Shown here: positions 5,002 through 5,182 of the stretch, in pieces
How the letters are laid out: each line of letters opens with the position of its first letter
Position numbering within the stretch: the stretch's first letter is position 1
Assembly (NCBI GenBank): GCA_016879935.1
Contig: JAACJQ010000314.1
Location: forward strand, 1 to 5,182
From: Archangiaceae bacterium
GTDB taxonomy: Bacteria > Myxococcota > Myxococcia > Myxococcales > Myxococcaceae
Length of the DNA stretch: 5,182 bases
Reading direction: 5' to 3'
Notes under the pieces: model-generated
What the model saw: only the letters and a program-made list of their open reading frames with translations
Database searches by the model: none
Told to the model about the DNA's origin: nothing
Made by a program: the position numbers and the translations under genes

Positions 5002-5055
5002 CTCCCCACATCCAGTCCCCTTCGGCCCGCGCGCGGCGCTTTGGAACCACGCGCA

Positions 5056-5182
5056 TGGCCGACAGGCTCGACTACTACTTCCGGCAGCGCGTTACCGAGG
5101 CCGAGCTCGACCTCGGCTTCAGCCTGCTCGAGAAGGCGCTCCACAACCTCGCGGCCGACCTGCGCATCTACGGCGTCGTCTC
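5056..5182 (+). CDS. 5' end of a CDS running off the window ([42 protein letters not shown]...); possibly the next tail or fibre-type gene
   Basis: From ATG 5056 the frame is open to the window end, and nearly every codon ends in G/C. Gene order after a gpI-like gene makes a tail-fibre-type product plausible. That is positional inference only, and I see no clear SD. Confidence 0.55.

Noticed and set aside
5024-5044. GC-rich near-palindrome GGCCCGCGCGCGGCGC followed by TTT as a rho-independent terminator after the tRNA
   Set aside because: The palindrome is imperfect with essentially no loop, and only three T residues follow. The next CDS starts 12 nt later. This is not convincing as a terminator.
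4720-5056. Minus-strand ORFs 4720-4986 and 4745-5056 running through the tRNA
   Set aside because: They overlap a well-folding tRNA gene and a coding-biased plus-strand gene, and have no start context.
1-5182. CRISPR arrays, IS elements or terminal inverted repeats, rRNA, integrase or recombinase genes
   Set aside because: Reading both strands, I saw no regularly spaced repeats, no transposase- or integrase-like translations and no long inverted repeats.

Overview
High-GC window in which every supportable gene is on the + strand and tightly packed. It reads like the baseplate/tail end of a P2-like contractile-tail prophage, or a phage-tail-like element, carrying an accessory cassette.

Gene order:
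- 1-345: 3' end of a P2 gpI-like baseplate gene.
- 346-431: the only AT-richer spacer, ending in a strong Shine-Dalgarno (SD) site.
- 432-1028: 198-aa orphan protein.
- 1025-3001: 658-aa protein, coupled to the previous gene by an ATGA stop/start overlap. It carries four copies of a CPxC-x8-12-H-x3-C-x2-HPA motif that resembles Rad18/UBZ4-type C2HC zinc fingers.
- 3048-4097: GT-B fold glycosyltransferase.
- 4159-4551: peptidyl-tRNA-hydrolase-2 (PTH2) fold ORF with no ATG/GTG/TTG start in its own frame. An SD plus ATG lies upstream in a frame that needs a +1 shift to reach it.
- 4548-4913: 121-aa orphan, also ATGA-coupled.
- 4927-5001: tRNA gene with a clean cloverleaf but a 9-nt anticodon loop.
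- 5056 onward: 5' end of another CDS.

Main leads:
1. The four-finger protein.
2. The atypical tRNA.
3. The startless or frameshifted PTH2-like gene.
4. A speculative link between 2 and 3. The tRNA loop contains U-AAUG-A, complementary to the in-frame quadruplet CAUU, which occurs twice in the 35-nt interval where the frame must change.

All homology statements come from remembered family motifs, not from searches. The many long antisense and alternative-frame ORFs in the track look like high-GC artefacts.
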